Shown: positions 11,583 through 24,599, numbered from the stretch's first letter. The stretch is 64,000 nucleotides of DNA from the human T2T-CHM13v2.0 reference genome, Homo sapiens (GCF_009914755.1 NC_060945.1); one strand, 5' to 3'. Translations and numbers: made by a program. Notes: generated from the sequence alone by a model not told the origin.

Positions 11583-11774
11583 TTATGTTGGTGCAAAAGT
11601 AATGGTATTTTTGCCATTCGTGTAGTTGGTGTGTGAGAAGGTTCACTGTATCCTATGGGAATGGAATCGCACGGATCTCTTGAAGCTTATCTTGTTCTCT
11701 TATGGTGTACACTTTATTTATTTATTTATTTATTTTATTTTTCCATTTTTGCCATTACTTTTGCACCAACCTAA
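11583..11774. mobile_element. MADE1 (Hsmar1-derived MITE, mir-548 source family) interrupted by an insertion
   Basis: TIRs ttatgttggtgcaaaagtaat and attacttttgcaccaacctaa, with TA target duplication at 11581-82 and 11775-76. Confidence 0.92.
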
Positions 11775-11779
11775 TAGTT

Positions 11780-13445
11780 TAGCTATCAATGTACTGCAGT
11801 CAGTACTCACCTCTTTTCCTTTGGCCACACCAGAGGTTACCTACATCTTTGGGGGACAGCTACTACACATGCTAATAACTTTCTACGTCATGAAAATTTG
11901 TCTTTTCCTGAGGGCTTTCTCTAGCTACAAGAGCAAGATCAACTTGTGCCCAGGATACAGTGGAAGTGCCACAATGTAGGAATTTAGTGTATTATACTTT
12001 AGCTTCCTGTACCTTCAGACTGACAGTTGAGGTGTGTTCTACACAGTCTCTCAGAGAGTCTCTAGCAGGGTTGAGCTCAATTTGTCCCCAGCATTAATGT
12101 CCTATTTATTGGATTTCCTTCTTTATTATCCCCACTCTTTTGAGGTACTTCTTGGGATCACTTCCCAAATACACTCTTTTAGAATCTTAAAAGTGGCAGA
12201 ATATTTATCATTTTATAGGCCCATGTCTTCAATATCTAGACTACAAGTCTCTTAGAACCAAAATATGAAAGGAACAGCCAATCTCACCATCACTCCCAGT
12301 GAGTCACTTGAATAGTTAGTGTGTTTCTCTCTGCAACCAGAGGCATATTTGGATTTAAGGCTCTGGTTCTTGAAAGAATATGGTGGTTCTATAAGAGAAC
12401 ATTGTAAGATTTCCATTTAGCATATAACAGTGGCTGCCTGTAAGAGATTTAGACAATAATTACTATTATCATGTCTGGAATTTTTATATTAATTATTACA
12501 GAGAGCTAGAGGCACTATTATACAATGAAAATAGGAAAAGAGTATGTTGATCACTCAAGGCATTCACCTGGGTGCCTAATGATGTCTCCATGCCCAATAA
12601 TAACATTAAGCAGGAAATTACAGCAACCAGGACCTGGCAAGGGCATGGTAACTAAGGACTCATTTAATTCTTTTGCACTCTGTTGAAGGTCTATGTTATC
12701 TGACTAGGCTTGCAGTCTAGACCAGCACATGTGTTGCCCAAATATGAAGGGACCTTAAAAGAAGTGGTAGAAGAAAGAGGTAATAAATATCAGTTTTATC
12801 ACGAGATTAACTGTACCACATTCAACTTCAGTTTGACTAATTCTTTTGTTATAGTTCTTATCTTCTTAAGAATCATAGCTGTCTATCATATTGGTGAATC
12901 AGTGAAGGGCAGAGTGGATTGAATGTTGGCCATGAGATCTAAATGATACAAGGTGTAGACTTCAGGTGATACACTTAATGCTTCACTGAAATCTCCTTAG
13001 CCCACTACAGAGAATAATGGCAACTTTGGGGAAGTCCTCCTATATGCCAGTGGTTTTCTACTGTGTATTTCTATATCTCTGTCGCGCAGCTTTCTCTGTC
13101 TGTATGATCAAGATCAATCTGCCTGCAGGACAGTTTGGAAGTGCCAAGGGCTTAATGATTGCAGTAGCAAACCTCAACCAATGAGGATGAATGTGAGTGA
13201 ATAAAAACCACACTTACCTGTCCCTCAGGACCATAGTTCTGAGATATTTTCCACATAGGTTCTCACTGGCATTGAACCCGAGTGATCTGCAGTGGTTCCT
13301 GGCTCAGTAATATACCTTTTGTTGCTGATCCTCCTTTACCTGTCTCCTAGTCTCTCACCAGGCTTCCATATTACTTACAAAATAAACTCTTAGCAAAAGA
13401 CTATTTGCTGTACGAACTACATTTTGGGAAATACAATTTCAGACA
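11780..13445 (+). mobile_element. Degraded ERVL (LTR16-family LTRs at ~11780-12200 and ~12961-13445 with short internal remnant)
   Basis: Two LTR16-like segments (ending gggatcacttcccaaata and aataaac...tttgggaaatacaatttcagaca), with PPT-like aaggtgtagac just before 12961. Confidence 0.55.
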
Positions 13446-15429
13446 CCATCATCATACAACTAATTCTTGGACTATTTTTCTACTAAAAATTTAACTTATA
13501 GCAATATGTGGTTTTGAATAAATTGTATTTTCTATAATGAAAGTAATATGTCTACAATTTAAAGATCTAAGTACTTAATGAATAAAGAAAAACCACCCAT
13601 GAATGACAACAGAGTGAGTATCAGGGCCAGAAATGAAAAGAGGTCAAATCATTAAAATCATGTACTGACATGAACAAGAATCTTGATAAAGAAAATGAGC
13701 ATTTTAAATTAACCCAGAAATGGAAACTTTCCAAAAAATGTCTCCCTTTACAGGCATTGAAAAGACTTTGAGGTCACACTGCCAACTTTACATGAAGAGG
13801 AGATGTTCTTTGAATTATATTTTCAATGAATTTGTAACATTTACATTGTGTATGAAGATAGTTCTCTGCAGTGAACGTAAAAGTCCGTTTGCTATAAGTA
13901 GAAAGGAAAACTTTTTCCCAGGGAGACCAGGGTCACAAATTAAATTATTTGGCTTTTGCTCCTGGTATGTCTGCTTTTATCACTTGACCCTTGCTGATAC
14001 GCTCAGCTCTGCCCGCAGTACAGGATCAAACATGCTTCTCATCTGGACAAATTTAGAAAACCTTAATACACTTGCACAGGATGGTCAGTTCAAACATACA
14101 CTTGCTGCAAGCCTTTTGTCCCAGAATAGCTTAATTCTACCTCACTGCCATGACTGACCTGGGCCAGTGCACTATGGCTGCTCTCCTGGTTTACTAATGA
14201 CTCCTAAGATAAAACCCCATGCTTGCCTCTCAGTTCTCATTCATGGATATCCCTGCAGTATTTGTTCACCCTGCTTTTTGAAACTTGCCTTTTCCTGTCT
14301 TGATCTAATTCTAGTTCTTTTACCGTATCAGTCAATGGCTATTTCCATTTTCTCTATATTTGTTTTATTTATTATCCTACTTTATTGCAGAGTGATAGGA
14401 GATGGTGAACAGTAATAAATACATATACATATAATAGTAGTCAGTAACAATGAATAAAAGGAAAGAAACATGTATAAAGAGGTAAGAGCACAGTGCAAAA
14501 ATATCAGATACTGATGCCTATTACAATCAAGCCCATATAGAGGTCTGAGCATACAGCTGGTCCTAGACTTTATTTTCTGCTATAATTTTACCCAACACTT
14601 TTGTCTCATCGAACCACTATGCAGATGGATCCCAGGATATTCTGCAAATATCAATCTCTGTTACTAACCTCCCACCAAGATTAGATCTGCATTTCCTTAT
14701 TGGCTATGAAACACGTCCAAATTGATAACTTGACTCATTTCAAACTCAGCTCATTGCATAATTAACTTATAATTTTTATTTTGTTCTTACTCAGCTTCAA
14801 ATTCTACCATTTACTTACCCCCTATTTAACACTAATGATCATCATTGCATTGTTCTGGGCCCTGGTGATACAATGGTAAACATACTTTTTCTGCTTTCAG
14901 GGAATTTAATGTTTAATGTGGCAAGTTGCCTTTATGGATCCACCCAACAGAGTTTCCAGGGAAACTGCAGACACAGCCTTGTCACGCTCAAAGACCTAGA
15001 TCAGGATGAGCCTTCATATCCTCAACATGTTCTCCAGCCAGATAAAGAAGGCAGCTCCACCATCAAAAACTGGAAATGAGGAAATTCTATTCAAAACCAA
15101 AGGGTCAGAGATGAATGAGGTTTGTTTACAGATGTATTGAAAATGTAGCTAGTGGAGAAGAATATGCAGAACTTGGGCAAACAAACCAGGAATAATAAAA
15201 ACTTGACCAAGAAAGGAATGCACATTTGCTATCCAGTAAAAATTAAAAGGTGATAGTTTATTATTGGTAAAATAACAGCAAGTGCATCCACATAAATTAA
15301 TATCACTGTTATTTCTAAGCAGCAGAATGTGGATATGATGCTGGAGGGTACTGGAAGGACTCAAAGGAACAAATGACATAGGGATTAGGGCTATGAAAGT
15401 ACCTGGACAAAGATAACATTTATGATCTG

Positions 15430-15790
15430 CAGCCAGTGGGTCAAAAGGTGTCTCCAAATGATATTGAGGCAACTGGCTGCCTATGGATGCTGGTGGAATC
15501 ATGGTGGTGACATCCTCTCCAGGAAGGATTACTGCATGGAGAAATGCTCCACAGACCAACCCTCTGGGTGGCAAGTCCCTGGTGAAAGTCAGGCTGTACC
15601 ATATGACACTTTTCCAGGGATCTGTCCAAAGACAGAGAGTGAGCCACTGGAAGTGCTGAATGGCAAATTTGGCCTTGTGACTAGATTTATTGTCAGGTAG
15701 TTATACTGGAAGAAGTCCACATACTAGAAGGCGGTATGCTATGACTGTTTTAGGAAATGTGAATTTCCATGAGAAGTTTCTAAGTAGCTT
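15430..15790 (-). mobile_element. Very degraded LTR-retroelement integrase core remnant (Gypsy-like)
   Basis: Minus-strand frames give, in order, ETSHGNSHFL, LPDNKSSHKAKFAIQHF, CHPEGWSVEHF and PQYHLETPFDPL, resembling rve motifs (T.RGN.Y.L / P..I.SD.G..F / YHPQGNG.VERF / G.TPFELL). Judged by eye only. Confidence 0.4.
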
Positions 15791-16299
15791 GTGTTTTGTG
15801 ATAGGTGGGAACCAGATTTGGCTTGCATTGAGGACCTGTGCTATCTCCAGAGTCCTTATGCCCCACACTACACCCTAACTCCAAATTCCATGTCTCCAGC
15901 TCTCGGAAACACAGGCAGCTGAAAGCATTTCTGGAGTCTGCTCTTCCCAGTCCCAGCCACCATCACTTCCCTCTGTAGAGTCAAGACTCTTAGCTTATAT
16001 TGTTTTCATTATGAATTGTAAGATACAGGTGGCTTCCTGGTGCTGGGAGGTAGATGCTCTTGTAAAGATGGCCCTGATAACTCCCTGCTCCTCACAAAAG
16101 AGACACAGAATTACAGGAGAAGCAATGCCTCTCGGGAGGGAATCTCTTTTCTCATCTTTGCCCACAGCCTGAGCTCTGAGTCCCTCTGTTTATTTTCTCT
16201 CAGTTTGTGCTTAAACTTGAATGTCCTACAGATCTTGGGTCTCTTTAAATCCTCTCCTGGTATCTGAGAGCCCTTGGCCTGGAAAGGTTGTGTTTCTCC

Positions 16300-16916
16300 T
16301 AGGGCTGGCTTCACAGTGTGTGCTCAGTGAGGTTGCACAGGGCCCAACACTTCAAAGGGCTCAGCATTTGAGGTTTAATGCTCTGGAGTGGCTGTCTTGA
16401 AATTCTTAATAAATTTATCTCTGAATTCTGTAAGTCAGTCAAATGGGACAATGGAGCATGCACTTGATCCAGTGGGGGCCTGGAGCCACAGCTCGCGATG
16501 CAGTCCTGTATACTGCCACCTTTCTGCCTTCCCAGGACAGGTTCTCAGCCATCCATTCCCCATTTCCAGGTGCCCCAGGTCTACCTGGCCTTCCTTACCC
16601 TATCCACTGCTGTGGCTGCTGTGGCTGTCCACCTAGGACAGTGACAGGATTGTGTCTATGAGGAACACCTATGTTCCACCACTGGCAAGGGGTCTTATGT
16701 ATGGGAAGGTTCAGAGTTAGAAAAGAGCTGTTCATGGCCTAAGCTGGTTGTGTCAGGACATAATTGGTTAGGTGAATTGGTGAGAGCTCTCGCCTAACCC
16801 TAATTTTTGGGTTGGGAAGGTGGGCATTTGGTTAGGAGAGGATGACTTCCCCATGCCTGGCAAAGGACCTGTATTCTAATTTTGTCCTAGGACCCACAAT
16901 TTATGTGTCTTTCCTG
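16300..16916 (+). mobile_element. MER45-family hAT-Tip100 DNA transposon (MER45B/C-like)
   Basis: 5' end agggctggcttca...gcacagggccc...gtttaatgctctg...gtcttgaaattcttaataa; 3' end ttttgtcctaggacccacaatttatgt...cctg. Confidence 0.8.
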
Positions 16917-17009
16917 GTCTCGTCTAGTATGCTATAGACAGTCCCTCTTAGTTGTGACTTTGACAAATCCTGTCCCTGAGACATCTTCTAACAGAGAGAG
17001 GAGAGGAAT

Positions 17010-17228
17010 ACTGACAAATGTATCTTGAGCTCTTAAAATTTGTGACATCCTGTGCCTAACACTTGCTATTAACAATCTCATTTCATTCTTACACAACCAT
17101 AGCATAGAAATTCTCCAGTTAGTACCATTTTATAGATGATGAAACTGAAGCATGAACATTCCAGAAATTTCACAAAGTCTTATAGCCCAGAGGCTTCATA
17201 TCTAAAATTCAAACCAAGAATCCTTTTA
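17010..17228 (-). mobile_element. MIR
   Basis: ccattttatagatgatgaaactgaag core and aaattcaaaccaag. Confidence 0.65.
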
Positions 17229-18835
17229 TCAGAAATCCGTAAAGTTCTGCGTCATGTCAGATGTGAGCTGGACCAACACCAAAACAGAAAAGAAGTTTCA
17301 CATTTCAGTTTGAAATGAAGATGTGGCTTTTTCAGTAAAGAGACTAGTATTTCCGTGGCTAACTGAATTAACCTGTGGGCTCTAGGTAAGTCCTAAGCAC
17401 ATCTGGGAAAGAATAAAAGGAATATTTAATTGACCTCAGGAGTGCTTTAGAAGATCATCCAGACCTATCAGGACATCTTCTCAGGGAGGTGGGATGAGAT
17501 TTAGGAACCAACAAGCAGCCATATAATCTCGCCAAACCCATTAGTGGTCCTGACATGGCTGGAGACCCTGGGATCCTTTCTCCTGGCATGGTAGACTAAA
17601 CCACTTGTTGGCTCTGTTCCCCACCCTGTGCCGCCTGGAGCAGGGGAAGCAGATGGTTTCAATACAGGCAGAAACAGCTGTTCCTCATATGGGGTGAGCT
17701 GAATCTTGATTGTTTTAGGTTCTGCTCTTTACATTGACCCCTCAATGGTCCTAGTTCTGAAGTATATAAGCGGGCCCTTTAAAAGACTTTCCTAAGGCCT
17801 GAATGTCAAATGAATCATAATCTAGGTAGCAAGATTGCTCCTAAATGGACATCACAGTGGCTGAAAACAATCAAGGGATGGCTGATTTAGTAGGGCCATG
17901 CTCAAATAGGGCAAGTCTCTCCCCAAGGTAACCAGAGACATCCTCAATGCATCAGCAATCTTGGAAGCTGTACTCATCTGAAAGTTCAGGCTTTGTTGGA
18001 CAACACTCCTGTCCACTGGCACACTCACACACTCACTGCCATACAACCCTTTCTCAGACTGAGTCCATTAGTAGTATCTACCTGCCGTAAGCCCCTAGAA
18101 TCAAAGATGCTATGTGGAAGGCTTGGACCCAAAGACAGCATTGGAGACTTGGTCTTAGGTGAGCAAGGGTTTAATCTGACTAGGACAGCCATGTCAGAGG
18201 CCACATCTGATAAGTGAATGAATTGCATTCCAGGCTCTCAACTTAGCATAGACCTCTTCACCTCATTATGCCTTGCATGGACATCAAACTGAACAGGTTC
18301 CCAACATTCTCTCCTGGGGAGAGCTTTTCTCTCCTTTGCCACAATGCTTAGGGTATTAAAGCTGTAGAGATGACCTCACTTTTAGCAATGAATCCCCCAA
18401 ATGTGTACTTCCCAGCCAACCAGTTTATCACTTATCTATATGGTGATACACCCTTCTGTTATTTTCACCAAAGATCCTTGGCACAAACACTGAAGCCAAA
18501 TTTCCCATACAATCCTAGAGTTTAAGTAGGATGCAAAGTCCTGTGTGGTTTCTCCATAGTGCAGTCTGTGATCATGGAAGGCTCAAGTTCCCTTCAGCAC
18601 AGGGACCCAGGTTTGGGTATGCAGGTAGCTGAGTTTTTCCAGCTCAGACCATAATTGAACTGTGAATTCAGTCAGAACCTATTTGTAATTCACAGATTTA
18701 TATACTACCCTCAGGGAATCAAGATGTTATTATTGTCACATGTGTAGAAATGTATTTATATGAAATTGTCTTCCTCTTCTCCGAGTTATTTTCCAGACTA
18801 TTAGCAAAATTTACTCAGAAGTAAAAGGCACATCA

Positions 18836-18960
18836 ATTAGCTGGGCGTGGCTGTGTACACCTGTAATCCCAGCTACTTAGGAGGCCAAGGCAGGAGAATC
18901 GCTTGAACCCAGGAGGTGGAGGCAGAGTGAGACTCTGTCTCAATTAAAATAAAGAAAAAA
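18836..18960 (+). mobile_element. 5'-truncated Alu (right monomer only) with internal deletion
   Basis: ttagctgggcgtgg...aggaggtggaggcagagtgagactctgtctc plus A tail; imperfect TSD aaaaggcacatcaatta / aaaaggaatatcaatta. Confidence 0.9.
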
Positions 18961-19736
18961 AGGAATATCAATTAACTTCTGAGCAGTGTTCCTGTCCATA
19001 TAGAAAGGAAACCTAATCCTGAGATATAAGGGCAATTACTCAAGAGGAAGTTCCATCAAAGTTGAAGTTTGAATGGAATGAATGAGTTAGGTAAATAAAG
19101 GGTGAGAAGAAGCTAGCATGTGAAAAGGAGAAAGGTTTTTGGCAGAGAAAATGGCTAATGAGAAAGCCTAGAGGAGGGGAAGCATGGTGCATTTGGAAAA
19201 TGGTAAAAAAGTCATGCTAATAAAAATGTAGGGCATGTCTTCAATTGTAACTGCATTAAGTGGAAGACAGATTGGTCATTTCAATCTCCCAATAGTTTTT
19301 ATCCAAGAAGTTGTTTTGGTCATTGAGGTCAGGTTTCATTTTAGTTGAAATAATATTCCCAAGTTATAAGGATCCCCAAAACACAGAGCACTGGATTAAG
19401 AAATCAGGAAAAAGTCTGTAAGGGTAAAGGTGTACAGAATGGGATTGAGGATTGAGGGAAAGATTTAAATTTTGGGAAGGAATCCAACATAACAATAGAT
19501 GAGGCATGTTGAGACTTAGCAATTTTTAAAATAGTTAGGTCTAGGAGTTAAGCTCTTAGCAGAGTCAGGTTCTGGACTGGCTGTACTACTAACGAAGTGC
19601 TGGTCCAGTTCTGGTTGCAATAGATCTGTCAATTTCTAGGACTTTCATTAGATTTAGATGCAGTTACATGCAGCCTCAGGTGAAAGGGTGACCTCTGGAA
19701 ATTGAACCTGGAAATTTGGTTCAGATGTTACACTAA

Positions 19737-20145
<409 letters not shown>

Positions 20146-20699
20146 TCTTCCATTACTTTTTATCCTGATTACCATAATTATCATTACAGGAAGTTTGTTA
20201 TTTGTGGTCTATTGACCTTAAAATATTGTAGATAAAAGTACAATAAAGCTGTTATTTTATTAAAATTACAGAAAATTAAAACAAAACGGAGATGAATAGA
20301 TTTGAAATTCAGTTATCTCATGTAACTCCTATTTATAATTACTGTTTTTTTTCTCTAAAATTTCGTTTCATACACCAGTTAAGGCAAGCTAATTTTGTTT
20401 TCTCGGTTTTCCTGCTTATTTGCCCCTTATTGCCTTTTCTCATACTATCTACTTAATAAGAAATTCTCTCTGTGATATGCACCCATTGTATTCATGCCTG
20501 TTATTCAATGTGCACGAAGCCTTTCTTAATGTTTCCATTCATACGTTATTTTTCTTTTCATTGATTCTCCATTACACTTTGCATATCTGTTAACATGCTA
20601 AAAACATGACGAACCCATGATATAAATGATTCACTTGTGTGAGATCCTATGAGGCGCCATCTGGAGTCCCAGGAAGGCATAAAATAGCCCTCATGTCAT

Positions 20700-21392
20700 T
20701 CAAATTTAAGCCCTGCTTCATCTGAAAGCAAAGCCTTGCCTAGGGCACGCCCATTCCGTTACCTGCATCAGTGACTGATCAGAATGGGGTAAGGCACGCC
20801 ATTCCCTGTTACCTGCATCAGTGACTGATCAGAATGGGGTAAGGCACGCCATTCCCTGTTACCTGCATCAGTGACTGATCAGAATGGGGTAAGGCACAAG
20901 CCATTCCCTGTTTCCTGCATCAGTGACCGATCAGAATGGGGTAAGGCACAAGCCATTCCCTGTTTCCTGCATCAGTGACTGATCAGAATGGGGTAAGGCA
21001 CGCCATTCCCTGTTTCCTGCATCAGTGACTGATCAGAATGGGGTAAGGCACGCCCATTCCCTGTTACCTGCATCAGTCAGTGACAGATCAGAATGGGGTA
21101 AGGCACGCCCATTCCCTGTTTCCTGCATCAGTGACTGATCAGAATGGGGATATGAACATCCAACCTCCTTACTCCAAATGCAGACAACTTTGAAGTGTCA
21201 TCTGAGCACAAGAGCTCCTTGTAGAGGAATGTCTGAGCACTTCATTGAAATTGTATCACAGCACAACTCTTCCCCCCACGTAATCCTGCCACCTTTTTTC
21301 TTCTGCAGGTGTTAATCCTAAACATTTCTCCAATAAATGCTCTATGTGTTATCTTTCTCTCATAATGTGCTTCTTGGAGAATCCAAACTGTA
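20700..21392 (+). mobile_element. LTR16A-like ERVL solo LTR containing a VNTR (5' boundary approximate)
   Basis: 3' half gacaactttgaagtgtcatc...agagctcc...caggtgttaatcc...ccaataaa...gagaatccaaactg matches LTR16A. Confidence 0.7.
20744..21149 (+). repeat. VNTR, ~8 copies of a ~50-bp unit
   Basis: Unit GGCACGCCATTCCCTGTTACCTGCATCAGTGACTGATCAGAATGGGGTAA, starting at 20744, 20793, 20843, 20893, 20945, 20997, 21047 and 21102. Confidence 0.97.
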
Positions 21393-21747
21393 TTGCCATT
21401 CCTTCATTCAAATATATACGGAACTATTTGTAGGGCAAATAATAACTGTTTTGTACCCAAGACATAGTTCTCAATGTGGTTGAATAAACCAAGTGAAAAC
21501 AAAAATTATCCTGCTCACAGGGATCTAGGATGAGAGATTAGTTAAATCCGTGTAAAGAAGGCACCAAGTGATTTACATGTATACAGATGACTGACAATGG
21601 AGGCTCGGATGTGGAAATCTCCTTTATATGTTTCCTATCTCTAAGATAAGAAGCTCTTTTAAGGCATGAGTATGTGCTGCATCTAGTGACCTGAAAAAAA
21701 CTGACACTCAACACGTAATTGTTAAATTGATCTCATGTTGGTTTGCT

Positions 21748-21751
<4 letters not shown>

Positions 21752-21790
<39 letters not shown>

Positions 21791-21812
21791 AAGAAAGAAA
21801 GGAAAAAAAAAA
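21752..21812 (+). repeat. Poly(A)37 followed by (GAAA)n and A10
   Basis: Directly visible. Confidence 0.95.
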
Positions 21813-23329
21813 TCCAAAAGAGGCTCCCACAAGAGAGGCTCCCTCTCGCAATGACTGAGAATAACCACCAATTAATTTGAATGACATTTTATCTGTGGGT
21901 TTATTTATTAAATACATTGCCTAGATTTATTGAAACAATAATTATAGCTAAATAACTGTGAGGCAAAAATGTCAGTGCTAAAACCTGAAAAAAGTGCTGA
22001 GGTTCACACTGAAAGGAACAACATTCATAATTTCAAAGACTCTCAGATTGATTGGTTCAGCTCCCAAGACAGGCAGGCACTGCCCTCCATTTATAATCAC
22101 GCAGCAGCTATTATATTCTGTATTTTTTCAATTCTAATTTGCTTCATCTCTAACATAACCTCTCTGCAAGGCTATTGCACAAGACATTTATTTATCTAGT
22201 TTTACAGCAAGTTGTTTAAGAAATTTTGAGATGGTTATATGGGTCATTTAGCACTTAGTCTAAAGGAAAGAGAGTTGTGTGTCAGTGTCCTGCAGTATCA
22301 TTTTATTTAAAGAAAAAAATACCTGTTTTTAAGAGAAGCAAATAGTAGTGTGGTTCAATAATCTGTATATGAAGATAAATAATTAAATTGTTAAATGTAT
22401 TGCTAAACAACTATTATTTAAGTTTTGCTAGACGAATATAAGATAGCCAAAGTAATTTACAAAGAACTCGATTTCACTGAATGTTGGGATTTATTAAATA
22501 CATTATTCTTTCTTTTAACACCATTCATCAATGTGACAAAGAGGTCGTAGAGAGATGTTTGTTTCAAGGAAGTAAATGTATGCATTGAAAACTAGAGAAA
22601 GAGAGTAATGGTGATTACTATTGATTTTCAGGAAACTGTATTCAGTGGTAGAATCAAAACTGAGCAATTACATGATTAAAATACATTTTGAATCCCCCAA
22701 CATGAAAGCATGATAATCATAAGTTTGCATCCAGAGCCAATATGTCATAAACATTTGAATTTTATTCCTACACCTACCACCCCCTGCAAATGACTGAGGA
22801 AGGATGTGAGGTTTTATTTCTATTCTCTGCTGTTTGTTCAATTCCTTTTTGAATCTCTTAATTAAAGACAGTTGATTAATGACTCACAAGCACTTCATAT
22901 ATCAAAAATGTCAAAGCACATTATTACAAAGAGATGTTTTTATATGGTTAGATATGGACACCTACGTTTCTCTTTCATTCTGATAGGTCTGGCATCTACT
23001 TTGTTAAAATAGTTTTTCTTTCCTTATGAAATGCAAAAACAATCTGAAATGAAGACATCATTCCAAAGGCTCAGTGTTTCAAAAATAAAAATAATAATCA
23101 CATGCACATTACATTAAGTACCTACTTACCCTTTTGTTCTAAGTGAATCTTGGCTCTGCTGAGAATGCTTCTCTTTCAATCCTCTCAAATGCTAATGTTT
23201 TTTTCTATCTTACATTCTTCATACTGTAGGACTCAGAGAGGAAGAAAAAGTTATTGCTCTTTATTGTATGTCAGACCTTTCTCTTTTCCTCGTGTTTTGA
23301 ATCTCAGGTCACCTGACAATTCCAGCCAA

Positions 23330-24360
23330 AAATCTTTCCTTTTGCAGTCATTTTCCCAATATCTGGTCACCCCCTTTTCCCGACTCAAAAACACATTCCA
23401 AGGCTTTCTTGAAGATTTTTGTACCTGAGTCACTGCCATCTCCTCAATACCACTGCTGTTACAATTTATGTCTTATATGTCCATAACAATGATCCTTCCA
23501 ATCAAATGGACTTTTACTATCTTGACTTTTTTTCTCCAGTAATCTTGATCTCAATTCTAATCAGTCTTTCAGGCTATTCCCATTTCTTACACAGATATAG
23601 GCCTTGCTGTCAGCAATAATGACAACTTTTTCCCCACCCCAGGATCATTTATACATTATACATTAACTCTCTAAACATCACCCTTTATCTTTCCAGAACA
23701 TTTCCCAAAATACCCAGCCTTTCACACCTCGACGGAATCTTACATTCAATTTCCCTGGTACATTTTCATTGAGAGTTTGCTTCCCATGGTCTCACGCTCT
23801 TCTCAAAAAAGTTAAATCCCATGGTTCATCCTTAAACACCATAGCTGAATCGTTTAACTGTCTTTGGATCCCTTCTTTTATTTTGCTTCTTTGGCAATAA
23901 TCTGACACTTTATTTATCTCTATATAGTTGAATGTGGCTGGAGAAAAACACTAAACAAGGTAGTCTGGTACCCCATTACTTTCATGCCATTTACCTAAAG
24001 TGGACTACAGTGACTCCCAGCCACAGTCCAGCATTTCCCTGGTCCAGTCATTCTCCCAGTCTACTAGACGGCTGCTTCATTACCTTGCCCACTGTCTTCA
24101 AACCTCCAACCCTACACGAAATACTCACATCTGATGATTTTGCTTCCCTTCATACTGAAGAAAGAAAAATACAAAGAAGATTCAAAAATACAAAAGCTTT
24201 CACTACTACTTTGACCCAATGAACTGGATCAGTGCATTACATTGTTTTACTCTCTTGTCTCTTTAGATAAAATATCTCAGCTCCTATAAAAAAAATAAAC
24301 ATTTACCTCCATTTTGAACTGATTCCATTCTCATCTTCTCAATGACATTATCCTGGAAAC
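23330..24360 (+). mobile_element. L2 fragment(s)
   Basis: Pyrimidine-rich L2-like text (gatccttccaat..., ctggagaaaaacac..., gcttcccttcatactgaag). Confidence 0.55.
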
Positions 24361-24599
24361 TCTCTATATAGCTCTACATTTTCATGCTCAGGGAAGTATA
24401 CCCAGTGAGGCATAAAAAATACTTTCAATATCTACAACCTGAATCAGTCAAATCAGCTATAATGGAAAATACTTCACTCACAGGAAGAAAGTAACCACTC
24501 GATGCCCATTATTTTCACTGATCCAATCAGTTCTCCGGCTGCACTAGTCGAATAGGATAACCTTAATCTTAGACTGGTGAGCAATTTATGGTACTTTGA

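Noticed and set aside
11583-11774. mir-548 family microRNA gene
   Set aside because: The MADE1 hairpin is interrupted by 126 bp and has lost part of one arm, so it is unlikely to be a Drosha substrate.
13720-14157. Longest ORF in the window (145 aa, ATG start)
   Set aside because: No recognisable domain or supported exon structure; compatible with chance in 64 kb.
20744-21149. CRISPR-like array of palindromic repeats
   Set aside because: The units are head-to-tail with no unique spacers, there are no cas genes, and the context is primate DNA; it is a VNTR.
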